Shown here piece by piece: positions 40,088-49,396 of a stretch of 64,000 nt of DNA. Below the pieces are notes generated by a model. That model worked only from the letters and a program-made list of their open reading frames with translations. It made no database searches and was not told the origin of the DNA. Positions within the stretch are counted from its first letter, which is position 1. Each line of letters opens with the position of its first letter. The DNA lies in assembly GCA_937921305.1 (NCBI GenBank), contig CAKZSU010000004.1, positions 22,316-86,315 on the forward strand, written 5' to 3'. Source of the stretch: an uncultured Patescibacteria group bacterium (GTDB taxonomy: Bacteria; Patescibacteriota; Microgenomatia; UBA10105; UBA927). A program made the translations under genes and the position numbers.

Positions 40088-41901
40088 TGGTGTCGATTTG
40101 CTCGTTCTCGATCGACTTTTTTGAGTAGTTTTTTTCGCAACCGAAGATGATTTGGCGTTACTTCTAAAAGTTCATCGTCTTCGATAAAGTCAAGACATTG
40201 CTCAAGCGAAAGTTCAAGAGGAGGTTCAAGAACTGTTGCTATTTCCGCGTTTGAACGAACATTGGTCAATTTTTTTGTTTTCGTGACATTAATTTCTATA
40301 TCCTCTTGACGATTATTAATCCCAATAATCATTCCTTCATAGACATCAACGCCAGGACCGATGAGCGCTTTTCCTCGTCCTTGGACCGTTTCAAGAGCGT
40401 AACTTGTCGATACACCTGATTCGGTTGCAATCAACACGCCGTTTCGAAGATGTTTTACTGGTGGTTCCTCAGGAAAGTATCCAATCATGCGAGACGCGAA
40501 CAACCCATTCCCTCGTGTTTTTGTCAGCATATCGCCGCGGAATCCAATAAGGTTTTTGCTTGAAATTTTGTAGATCATTCTTGTAATACTTCGCTCGTCT
40601 GTTTTTGTGTCAAGGAGTTCTCCTTTTCTTTTTCCTAATTCTTCTGTAATGACACCAATATATTCTTTTGGGATTTCAATCGTGAGTTCTTCAAATGGTT
40701 CATGCTGAACTCCCTCTATCTCTTTTGTGATCACTTCTGGTTTTCCGACCTGAAATTCGTACCCTTCTCGTCGAAGTTGTTCAAATAAAATCGCGAGATG
40801 AAGCTCTCCTCTTCCGGAGAGCAAAAATCCATTGCCATCGGGATTTTCTTCTATCTTTAGTCCCACATTGGTTATTTTTTCTTTTTCGATTCGTTCTTGG
40901 AGTTGTCGAGCTGTCACAAATGTTCCGTCTCGACCAGCGAATGGAGAGGTGTTTGGCTGAAAAAGAATTTTCATTGTTGGTTCTTCAATCGCGATTTTCG
41001 GAAGGCCTGTTTGTATTTCACAATGCGCAAGCGTTTGTCCGATACGAACATCTGGCACGCCTGTTATCGCGATAATATCGCCGGTTATTCCTATCGACAC
41101 TTCTTCCCGTTCAAGTCCTTTACTGGTATAAATATGCTCAACCTTGCATGTCCCCAATCGTTCGTTCTCCATCCATTGATTGACGGTGTCTCCTGCGCGG
41201 AGTGTTCCTTGGATGACTTTTCCTATCGCGTATGTTCCTTTGTATGGGTCAAAATCCATCGATGATACAAGAAGCATGAATGGCTTGTCTTGTTCTCCCT
41301 GCGGGCGCGGAATAGTAGAGAGAATAGTTTCAAACAATGGAGACAAGTCTACTGGTTCTGATGGATCTGATGGAAGATTGTTCCATGCTTTTCCTTCTTT
41401 GCCGATGGTGTAGAGCACAGGAAAATGAAGCTGATCTTCATGGTTGGCAAGATGAAGGAATAATTCCTCGACTTCTCGCAATACTTCGCGAGGTCGCGCG
41501 TCTTTTCTGTCGATTTTGTTGATCACAACGATAATTTTTAGGTTATAATTAAGGGCTTTTTGAAGAACAAAATGAGTTTGAGGAAGTGGTCCTTCGGCTG
41601 CATCAACGATAAGTAACGCGCCATCGGCCATATGGATGACCCGCTCTACTTCTCCGGAAAAATCAGCGTGTCCCGGTGTGTCGATAATATTAATTTTTGT
41701 ATCGTTATAAAACACCGCTGTATTTTTTGCAAGGATTGTGATGCCTTTTTCTCGCTCAAGATCATTGCTGTCAAGTATTGTTGTTTGTTGCATCTCCGCT
41801 TGATTTTCTCGAAACGCGTGCGTTTGTTTAAGCATCCAGTCCACTAGCGTGGTTTTTCCGTGATCGACATGGGCGATAATTGCAATGTTTCGAATGTCCA
41901 T
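40084..41901 (-). CDS. typA: Translational GTPase TypA/BipA
   Basis: [22 protein letters not shown] and DDELLEVTP. Confidence 0.96.
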   Translation of the reverse strand: MDIRNIAIIAHVDHGKTTLVDWMLKQTHAFRENQAEMQQTTILDSNDLEREKGITILAKNTAVFYNDTKINIIDTPGHADFSGEVERVIHMADGALLIVDAAEGPLPQTHFVLQKALNYNLKIIVVINKIDRKDARPREVLREVEELFLHLANHEDQLHFPVLYTIGKEGKAWNNLPSDPSEPVDLSPLFETILSTIPRPQGEQDKPFMLLVSSMDFDPYKGTYAIGKVIQGTLRAGDTVNQWMENERLGTCKVEHIYTSKGLEREEVSIGITGDIIAITGVPDVRIGQTLAHCEIQTGLPKIAIEEPTMKILFQPNTSPFAGRDGTFVTARQLQERIEKEKITNVGLKIEENPDGNGFLLSGRGELHLAILFEQLRREGYEFQVGKPEVITKEIEGVQHEPFEELTIEIPKEYIGVITEELGKRKGELLDTKTDERSITRMIYKISSKNLIGFRGDMLTKTRGNGLFASRMIGYFPEEPPVKHLRNGVLIATESGVSTSYALETVQGRGKALIGPGVDVYEGMIIGINNRQEDIEINVTKTKKLTNVRSNAEIATVLEPPLELSLEQCLDFIEDDELLEVTPNHLRLRKKLLKKVDRERANRHH

Positions 41902-41915
41902 AGAACATGTTGATG

Positions 41916-41949
41916 AAAAAATCCCCGGTAGTGTTGGGGATTCTTTTTT
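41916..41949. terminator. Hairpin flanked by A/T runs in the typA leader (bidirectional terminator-like)
   Basis: AATCCCC-N9-GGGGATT with an A-run on the left and a T-run on the right. Confidence 0.55.
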
Positions 41950-42021
41950 ATAGGATAGTATCTATTGTATCAGATTTTTATTGCTAATACGAGAGGATGG
42001 AGTATACTAGGTACACATACT

Positions 42022-44229
42022 ATGGGAGCAATAAAACGGAAAGCGATGAAAAAACGGCATTATAGAAGGAGAAGCGCGCCCCCGTTTACCGTAAAAAAAG
42101 AAACGATGTACACAGTCGGCGCGATTTGGTTTTGGCTGATTGCCGGAACAATTACGCTTGCGTTTTTTAGCGACGCTTCACTGCTAACGAGGATACGAGA
42201 AGAACTGATTGGATATGTTGGCTGGGGAATGTATGGAATACCTCCTTATCTTGTGCTATTGAGTCTGTTGTTTTTCAGGATGAAGTCGCCAGTCGCTCAA
42301 CCGCCAGTTTCTCTAGGTGTGAGTCTTCTTTTTCTCTCGATTCTTTCGTTGACGCAACAAGGGGTTGTCGGCGAATCGCTCTTTGATCTCGTCGCGTCTC
42401 GCATCAGCGCGCAGGGAGGCGTGTTTGTCTATATTACAACCTTTGTTATTGGTCTTTTACTTACTTTTAATAGCTCCTTGGATAAAATGGTTGAGTTTCT
42501 CTTGCTTGTTGCGCAACGGATTGTTGAGGGATTTGGGCATATCCTTTTTGGTCTATTTGCAAAAAAAGATCGTCCGCAGGGTGTTGTGATTCGTCAACCA
42601 TTACAGCGAAAAGATTTAGACCAAGAAGAACAACATAATGTGTCTCAGCGAAACGAAGAAAAACGAAAGGCAGAGATCTCTCCAAAAATTTCGACAGCGC
42701 CGTTCCAGCAAAAAACACTTGTTGACATTCGTGATGATGTGAAAATTTCTATTCCCCTTGCGAATCAGCAAGGAAGTTTAGCGTTGTGGCAATATCCGCC
42801 AATTAGTTTGTTATCAGACGGTCCAGCTAGCAAAGTTGATCGAGGCGATTTGGGGAAGAATGGAAATATTATCGTTGAAACGCTTCAGAGTTTTGGTATT
42901 CGAGCGCAAGTTCGAGAAATTAACGCAGGTCCTGCGGTGACGCAATATGCGTTAGAGATTCCGTTAGGGACAAAAGTGTCAAAAATTACATCACTATCAA
43001 GCGATTTGGCGTTGGCGCTTGCAGCGCCGACCGGCGCTGTTCGCATCGAAGCGCCGATTCCAGGAAAAAGTTTGATTGGCATTGAAATTCCAAATAGAGG
43101 ATTGGAGTTTGTAACGCTTAAGCATATGTTGAAATCTCAGGTGCTCCGCGAAGCAAAGAGTAAGTTAACCGTTCCCCTTGGACTTGATGTGTCCGGAAAA
43201 GATGTGGTTGCGGATATCGCCAAAATGCCTCATGTGCTTATTGCTGGAACAACAGGATCGGGAAAGTCTGTGTTGGTGAATGTGTGGATCGCGTCGCTTT
43301 TGTTTCGAACAACGCCGGCGGAGGTTCGCATCATCATGATTGATCCAAAACGAGTGGAGCTTGCTGGGTACAATGGCGTTCCTCATCTCCTCACGCCGGT
43401 GATTGTTGAGATTGACAAAATTTTATCCAGTCTTCGATGGGCAGTCGCGGAAATGGAGAATAGATACAATAAATTTGCCGAAGTTGGCGTCCGAAATATT
43501 GAAGGATTTAACGAGCTTTCCGGTTTTCAAGCAATGCCATATATTGTCATTTTCATTGACGAGCTTGCCGATCTTATGGCGTACGCTCCATCTGAAGTGG
43601 AAGACGCGATTTGTCGATTGGCGCAAAAAGCGAGAGCAGCTGGTATACATCTTGTTCTTGCGACGCAACGTCCAAGTGTTGATGTCATTACCGGTCTGAT
43701 TAAAGCGAATATTCCAACAAGAATCGCGTTTAATGTGTCTTCTATGGTTGATTCTCGCGTGATTATTGATACGCCCGGAGCAGAAAAGTTGTTGGGAAGG
43801 GGAGACATGCTGTATATCCCCGTGGATTCCTCAAAGCCAACGAGAATTCAAGGCGTGTATGTTTCTGAAAAAGAAATCGCTGCGCTTGTTGACTTTTTGA
43901 AAGAGAAGAATCTGCCGGTCGCTTATACAGAAGAAGTGCTCAATCAAAATGCCAGCGTTTTGGGGAAAAAGGGTGGCATTTTAGGAAGAACGCAGCGAGA
44001 TCCGTTATTTGATGAAGTTGCGCGATTTGTCATGCAACACGATAAAGCGTCGACATCTCAGCTTCAACGAAAATTCGCGTTGGGATTTAACAGAGCCGGG
44101 AAGTTGATGGATCAATTAGAGGAAGCGGGGATTGTCGGACCTAATATGGGAAGTAAGCCGAGGGATGTTCTCATCAGAAGTTATGAAGAGTTTTTAGCGA
44201 CGCAGGAACAATCCAAAGATTCACAATGA
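42022..44229 (+). CDS. ftsK: DNA translocase FtsK/SpoIIIE
   Basis: N-terminal TMs; RIEAPIPGK, PHVLIAGTTGSGKS, IDELADLM, ATQRPSVD; gamma domain. Confidence 0.96.
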   Translation: MGAIKRKAMKKRHYRRRSAPPFTVKKETMYTVGAIWFWLIAGTITLAFFSDASLLTRIREELIGYVGWGMYGIPPYLVLLSLLFFRMKSPVAQPPVSLGVSLLFLSILSLTQQGVVGESLFDLVASRISAQGGVFVYITTFVIGLLLTFNSSLDKMVEFLLLVAQRIVEGFGHILFGLFAKKDRPQGVVIRQPLQRKDLDQEEQHNVSQRNEEKRKAEISPKISTAPFQQKTLVDIRDDVKISIPLANQQGSLALWQYPPISLLSDGPASKVDRGDLGKNGNIIVETLQSFGIRAQVREINAGPAVTQYALEIPLGTKVSKITSLSSDLALALAAPTGAVRIEAPIPGKSLIGIEIPNRGLEFVTLKHMLKSQVLREAKSKLTVPLGLDVSGKDVVADIAKMPHVLIAGTTGSGKSVLVNVWIASLLFRTTPAEVRIIMIDPKRVELAGYNGVPHLLTPVIVEIDKILSSLRWAVAEMENRYNKFAEVGVRNIEGFNELSGFQAMPYIVIFIDELADLMAYAPSEVEDAICRLAQKARAAGIHLVLATQRPSVDVITGLIKANIPTRIAFNVSSMVDSRVIIDTPGAEKLLGRGDMLYIPVDSSKPTRIQGVYVSEKEIAALVDFLKEKNLPVAYTEEVLNQNASVLGKKGGILGRTQRDPLFDEVARFVMQHDKASTSQLQRKFALGFNRAGKLMDQLEEAGIVGPNMGSKPRDVLIRSYEEFLATQEQSKDSQ

Positions 44230-44276
44230 ACCGCCTTCTTACGGTTCGATCATGCTTCTTAGAGCAATTTTTTACT

Positions 44277-44939
44277 ATGAAAACAGTTGGACAGCTATTA
44301 AAAGAAAAGCGTCTTGAGAAGGATATCTCTCTTGAGCTTGTTGAGCAAGAGACAAAAATACGAAAAAAGTTTTTGAAATATATCGAAGACGACGCGTTCC
44401 ATTTGCTTCCAGATCAAACATACGCCCAGGGATTTATCAAAAATTATGCGGAATACCTTGGATTGAACAGTAGAACTATTATGGCATTTTTTCGTCGTCA
44501 AACGCGAGTTTCTTCAAAACCTTCAACTGCGATTGTTCCAAAGGGATTTATTGATGAATCTATCGTTTCCCCTCGCTATGTGGTGACGCCAGCTAAGGCT
44601 ATTATGATCGTTCTGATTAGTATCGCTGGTATATTTTTATTATATTTTGGATATCAATATTATATATCTCGCAATCCTCCTGCTGTCGTTTTGGAGTCTC
44701 CGCAAGAAGGCATGGTTACATCGGGTAAGCGTGTTGAAGTTATTGGAAAGACAGATACAGACGCAACAGTAATGATTAACGGTATTGGCGCGCTCGTTCG
44801 AAGCGATGGGCGTTTTTTTGATCAAGTCGCGGTGTTTCCCGGAGAGAACACGATCACAATCACGGCGACATCTCGCTACGGAAAATCAACAGTTGTCTCT
44901 CGGACTGTAATAGTGAAAGAAGATCAAGAGCAACAATAA
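44277..44939 (+). CDS. RodZ-like HTH-TM protein with C-terminal Ig-like domain
   Basis: G..LK..R, TKIR and GFIKNYAEYLGL HTH_25 pattern; TM; G.NTI.I.A Ig-like; follows ftsK. Confidence 0.75.
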   Translation: MKTVGQLLKEKRLEKDISLELVEQETKIRKKFLKYIEDDAFHLLPDQTYAQGFIKNYAEYLGLNSRTIMAFFRRQTRVSSKPSTAIVPKGFIDESIVSPRYVVTPAKAIMIVLISIAGIFLLYFGYQYYISRNPPAVVLESPQEGMVTSGKRVEVIGKTDTDATVMINGIGALVRSDGRFFDQVAVFPGENTITITATSRYGKSTVVSRTVIVKEDQEQQ

Positions 44940-44988
44940 ATCGATTTTCCTGTTTGCTATTCGAATAGCATATGATTATGATAGATTT

Positions 44989-45249
44989 ATGGATCCTGTC
45001 CAAACAGTAATTATCGCGATTTCTATTGTTCTTACCTCTGTATTTATCGCGTTGGGGATTCAAGTATGGTTTATCTTAAAAGAAGTTCGCGGGAGTTTTC
45101 AGCGGTTTAACAAAATGCTTGACGACGCGGGAAAAGTCACAGAAGCTGTGGGAGAAGGCATGACAAATATGACAGGACTGATCAATGGTATTAAAGCAGG
45201 TCTTTCGTTGGCGTCTTCTATGAGAAAGAAAGGAGAAGATCATGAATGA
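44989..45249 (+). CDS. YtxG/DUF948-like membrane protein
   Basis: TM plus amphipathic helix; directly upstream of a YtxH-like gene. Confidence 0.6.
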   Translation: MDPVQTVIIAISIVLTSVFIALGIQVWFILKEVRGSFQRFNKMLDDAGKVTEAVGEGMTNMTGLINGIKAGLSLASSMRKKGEDHE

Positions 45250-45631
45250 ACGACAGCATCCTGACCCAAAATTTTTGTTCGGATTTTTTATTGGCGGAAT
45301 TATTGGTGCGTTGGTTATCTTTTTTCTTGGAACAAAAGAAGGGAAAAAAACAGGAAAACTTCTTGAAGAAAAAGGCAAAGATTTTCTTGATGAATTGCAG
45401 GAGAAAATTCAAGAATTGGAATCTCAAGGAAAAGATCTTGTGAAGAAAGGAGAAGCGTTGCGAGAACAAGTGGTTGAACAGTTGGAAGAAAAGAAAGAGC
45501 AGCTCACGCAAGAAGCGACACAAAAAATCGACTCGGCGCTTGCGCACATCGAATCGCTTCAAGAGCGCGGATTAGAAACCACAGCAACGATACGAAAGCG
45601 GTTCTTCAAAAACATTCCAAAGAAAAAATAA
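45242..45631 (+). CDS. YtxH-like protein
   Basis: FLFGFFIGGIIGA..T..GK motif followed by a coiled coil. Confidence 0.7.
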   Translation: MNERQHPDPKFLFGFFIGGIIGALVIFFLGTKEGKKTGKLLEEKGKDFLDELQEKIQELESQGKDLVKKGEALREQVVEQLEEKKEQLTQEATQKIDSALAHIESLQERGLETTATIRKRFFKNIPKKK

Positions 45632-45672
45632 TATTGGCAAAGCCATGATGTATTCATGATATAATGGGTGCC

Positions 45673-47520
45673 ATGAATGCTTCCGTGATTCGCTCTCGAT
45701 ATCTTGCATTTTTTCGAGAGCGAGGCCACAAAGAAATTCCATCAGCTCCTCTTGTGCCGGAAAACGACCCAACGACGCTTTTTACCAGCTCAGGGATGCA
45801 ACCGTTGGTGCCATACTTGTTGGGTCAGCCGCATCCATTAGGAAAACGACTTGTGAATAGTCAAAAATGCGTCCGTTTTCAGGATATCGATGAAGTGGGA
45901 GATAATAGACACACGACATTTTTTGAAATGTTGGGCAATTGGTCGTTAGGAGATTATTTTAAGCGCGATCAGCTTCCGTGGATATTTACTTTTTTAACGC
46001 AGGAGATTGGACTTGATCCTCGTCGATTATATGTTACGGTGTTTGAGGGAGATGCGTCTGTTTCAAAAGACACAGAATCTATCGCGATTTGGAAAGAACT
46101 GTTTGCGTCTGTTGGAATTGATGCGAAAGAGGGGGAGCGAATATTCGCATACCCTGCGAAAAAGAACTGGTGGAGCAGAGCGGGAGAGCCACAGTATATG
46201 CCGCCCGGCGAACCAGGAGGGCCGGATAGTGAAGTATTTTTTGACTTTGGCGAACATCGTCGATTACATGAGCAGTCTCTGTGGAACGATCAGCCGTGCC
46301 ATCCGAATTGCGACTGTGGCAGATTTATGGAAATTGGCAACTCCGTGTTTATGCAATATCAAAAGAAAGCGGATGGAAGTATTCAGGAGTTGCCGCAAAA
46401 AAATGTGGACTTTGGCGGAGGATTAGAGCGAATTGCGGCCGCAGCGAATGATAATCCTGATGTATTTTTAATTGACCTTTTCTCTCCAATGATCAGCATC
46501 CTTGAACAATGCTCGCGAACTTCTTATGGGCAAAATCAAGAGCCAACGAAGTCAATGCGGATTATCGCTGATCATCTTCGCGCGTTGATTATGATGATTG
46601 TTGACGGCGTTCTTCCTTCTAACAAGCATCAGGGATATGCGTTGCGTCGTCTTATTCGGCGATCGTTGCTTCACGCGAAAATATTGCGTATCGCTGACAT
46701 GACATATCTTTCAGAAATAACGGAACAAGTTGTTGACGCATATCGTGATCCGTATCCGTCGATTGTTGAGTGTCGACAAACAATTATCGATACGCTCCAT
46801 GAAGAATCAACACGATTCGCAAAGACATTGGAGCGCGGAATGAAAGAAATTGAATCTGCCGATGTGATTGATGGGAAGCTTGCGTTTCATCTCTATGAAT
46901 CTTTTGGGTTTCCATGGGAAATGACGGTTGAGATCGCATCAAATCGCGGTCAGACCATTGATCGAAAACAATTTGAAGACGAGTTTAGAAAACATCAAGA
47001 ACTATCTCGAACAGCATCTGCCGGCATGTTTAAAGGGGGATTGGTTGATCATAGCGAAGAAACAACTCGTCTTCATACAGCGCATCATTTGTTTCTTGCG
47101 GCATTGCAAAAGATCGTCGATCCGTCGATTCGGCAGCGAGGGAGCAATATCACGGCGGAACGATTGCGAATCGATGTAAATTTGCAGAGACCATTAACAG
47201 AAGAAGATCGACATCGCGTTGAGGAGCTTGTGAATAAAAAAATACGAGAGGGATTACCGGTAATTCGTGTTGACATGGAGAAGAAAGAAGCGGAAAAAAT
47301 CGGCGCACAAATGGAATTTGGGAAGAAATATCCAGATCGCGTCAGTGTCTATTTTATTGGATCGCAAGATAACTTTTTTTCCGCAGAGTTTTGCGGCGGA
47401 CCGCATGTCAACAACACGAGCGAGATTGCGAACGAAGGGCAGGTATTTAAAATTTTTAAGGAAGAAGCCATCGGACACGGGGTTCGAAGATTTAAGGCGG
47501 GGATTGTGTCTGTGGTATAA
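45673..47520 (+). CDS. alaS: Alanyl-tRNA synthetase (no C-Ala domain)
   Basis: DPTTLFT.SGMQP, HTTFFEMLGNWS, G.GLER; editing motifs HTAHH and CGGPH; start assigned from the promoter position. Confidence 0.95.
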   Translation: MNASVIRSRYLAFFRERGHKEIPSAPLVPENDPTTLFTSSGMQPLVPYLLGQPHPLGKRLVNSQKCVRFQDIDEVGDNRHTTFFEMLGNWSLGDYFKRDQLPWIFTFLTQEIGLDPRRLYVTVFEGDASVSKDTESIAIWKELFASVGIDAKEGERIFAYPAKKNWWSRAGEPQYMPPGEPGGPDSEVFFDFGEHRRLHEQSLWNDQPCHPNCDCGRFMEIGNSVFMQYQKKADGSIQELPQKNVDFGGGLERIAAAANDNPDVFLIDLFSPMISILEQCSRTSYGQNQEPTKSMRIIADHLRALIMMIVDGVLPSNKHQGYALRRLIRRSLLHAKILRIADMTYLSEITEQVVDAYRDPYPSIVECRQTIIDTLHEESTRFAKTLERGMKEIESADVIDGKLAFHLYESFGFPWEMTVEIASNRGQTIDRKQFEDEFRKHQELSRTASAGMFKGGLVDHSEETTRLHTAHHLFLAALQKIVDPSIRQRGSNITAERLRIDVNLQRPLTEEDRHRVEELVNKKIREGLPVIRVDMEKKEAEKIGAQMEFGKKYPDRVSVYFIGSQDNFFSAEFCGGPHVNNTSEIANEGQVFKIFKEEAIGHGVRRFKAGIVSVV

Positions 47521-47870
47521 GTATTGGTGTCTATTACCCTAGGTTATTTTCTAATTACTTGGGCATTTTGGGTGTTGCATGTTTTTGTAAATTATTCTTC
47601 GCAGATAGTTCTTATCTTCTATTGGAGAGGTATTTGATGAAGTTGATACATATCCATACATTCTCATCTTTTTCCCAAGTTTTTTAGATTACCGTTTATT
47701 CGACATGCGAAAAAGAATATGATATAGAAAAATAAGGTTTTTTAAGAAACTCTTTGATTCTCATCATTGAATAAAGCGAAAGGATTGACATGATAAAACA
47801 TGGATTAAGAATCGTTAAAATTTTTGCTTCCATTGTATGAATTTTCGCTGTTATAATTTCAATTATTTAT

Positions 47871-48975
47871 GTGATATTTGTTCCTTATATATCAGCGTTT
47901 TTATACAATCAGAGTGAAATAGCATTTAGGCAAAATGCACTACAGTTTCTGAAAGATTCTCAAGAGATTGAAGATTTAATAGGGCGGAGAAAGAGAATAT
48001 CGGCTTCCATGCCAAAAGATTTTATGGATTTAAGAAATCTTTCAGAAGAAGTAATGAAAAAGTTTAACAATCAAGAATCTATATTGGCTGTGACGATGGA
48101 TCTTTTATTACGGCAAGAAGAGTACTATTATTAGAGGATCGTTTAACACAATACCGTGCAAAGAAAGTTTCTTGGATTCATGCTGAAAGGGAGTATGTAA
48201 CGCATTTTAAGAAAATAAAACAAATTGAATATAAAGTGTTTGATCTTTCGTTGAGACCTTATGATCTTTTGCCTTTGATTAATATTCCTGAATCAATGGA
48301 TCAAGGCGAGTGGATGAATAACTCTCAACAAGCCAGGATTCTTGCTCAGAGATCAAGAGAAGATATACAAAGGGCGATAGAGGAGAGTGTCTTGACACAA
48401 GAATATGCGAGTTATCTCTTAGACCATTTATCGTATGTTGATAGTATTGCCTAGTTAAATTTTCGCGCTTTTTCTGGAGAAATGACCAGGAAACAATGGA
48501 AAAGAGATTTCAAAGCGATAAACGAGAAAAGACAAGTAGATTCAATTGATGTATACATGGAGCTTGTAAAAACTTGGAGAGAAGCTGTTGTAAAGCCGTT
48601 CGAAGATAAAAAAATGAATTATACAAAAAGAAAGAAACAGCGTATCTAGAAATGATTCATTCCGAAGATGCCGCTCCGGTTCTCGCTGATGCTATTACGT
48701 TGTTTCTTATAGAAAGAGGCATAATCAAGATTCCTAACATTGAGGAAAAAGAAGCAACGAGTGGCATTTTGCTTCCGTCCGAAATTGAAATATTGACAAA
48801 TATGCTGAGGGATCCAGATATTCTCTTTGTTCGAGACGCGATCAATAAATACTTAACAAATAACAAGGATATATGCATAAAACCCGAAGCATTGAAGAAA
48901 AATGAGCAAGGGAGTGTTTTGTCTGGTCTTGATTTTTTTGACCCAAAATATTACGGAAGCAAATTAGTCCTATAG
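47871..48975 (+). pseudogene. Fragmented AT-rich gene remnant of unknown family
   Basis: Co-oriented fragments joinable by a frameshift near 48070-48130, an in-frame TAG at 48452-54 and a frameshift at the A7 run 48608-14. Confidence 0.55.
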
Positions 48976-49396
48976 ACAAAGGCATTCTAAGCAAGAATAC
49001 AAATTACATTCGCGTGTTGTTTGTAGATGTTCCAGATAGAATTTTTACAGTACATGTTAGAATATAGGTGGCAATCGTTGTATGACAGCTTTTTTAGTAA
49101 TGAAGATCAAAAGGAAGATGCAAATTTATTGTTTCAACAGTATAGACAATATTTTTTGATCAAAAATACTCTCTTTGATGACAAATGAGATTGAACGTAT
49201 TGAAGTTATGGTTTCATCCATTCTAAACAATCGTTAATATCCTATATGTATGATGTTGTTATGTCGAAGGAATCTAGTGGGGATAGGCGATTGTTTTTAG
49301 TGTTAAATTTTTAATTTTCATTAAATCTATAAGCAAAGAAAGCATATCGTATTTTTAAGTTGCCTATCATTTGTCAGACTGCTACTATGAATGTGT

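Noticed and set aside
48452-48454. Programmed TAG readthrough (pyrrolysine or recoding)
   Set aside because: The same region also needs two frameshifts, and TAG is a normal stop elsewhere (rmuC, infB, murJ); decay is the simpler explanation.
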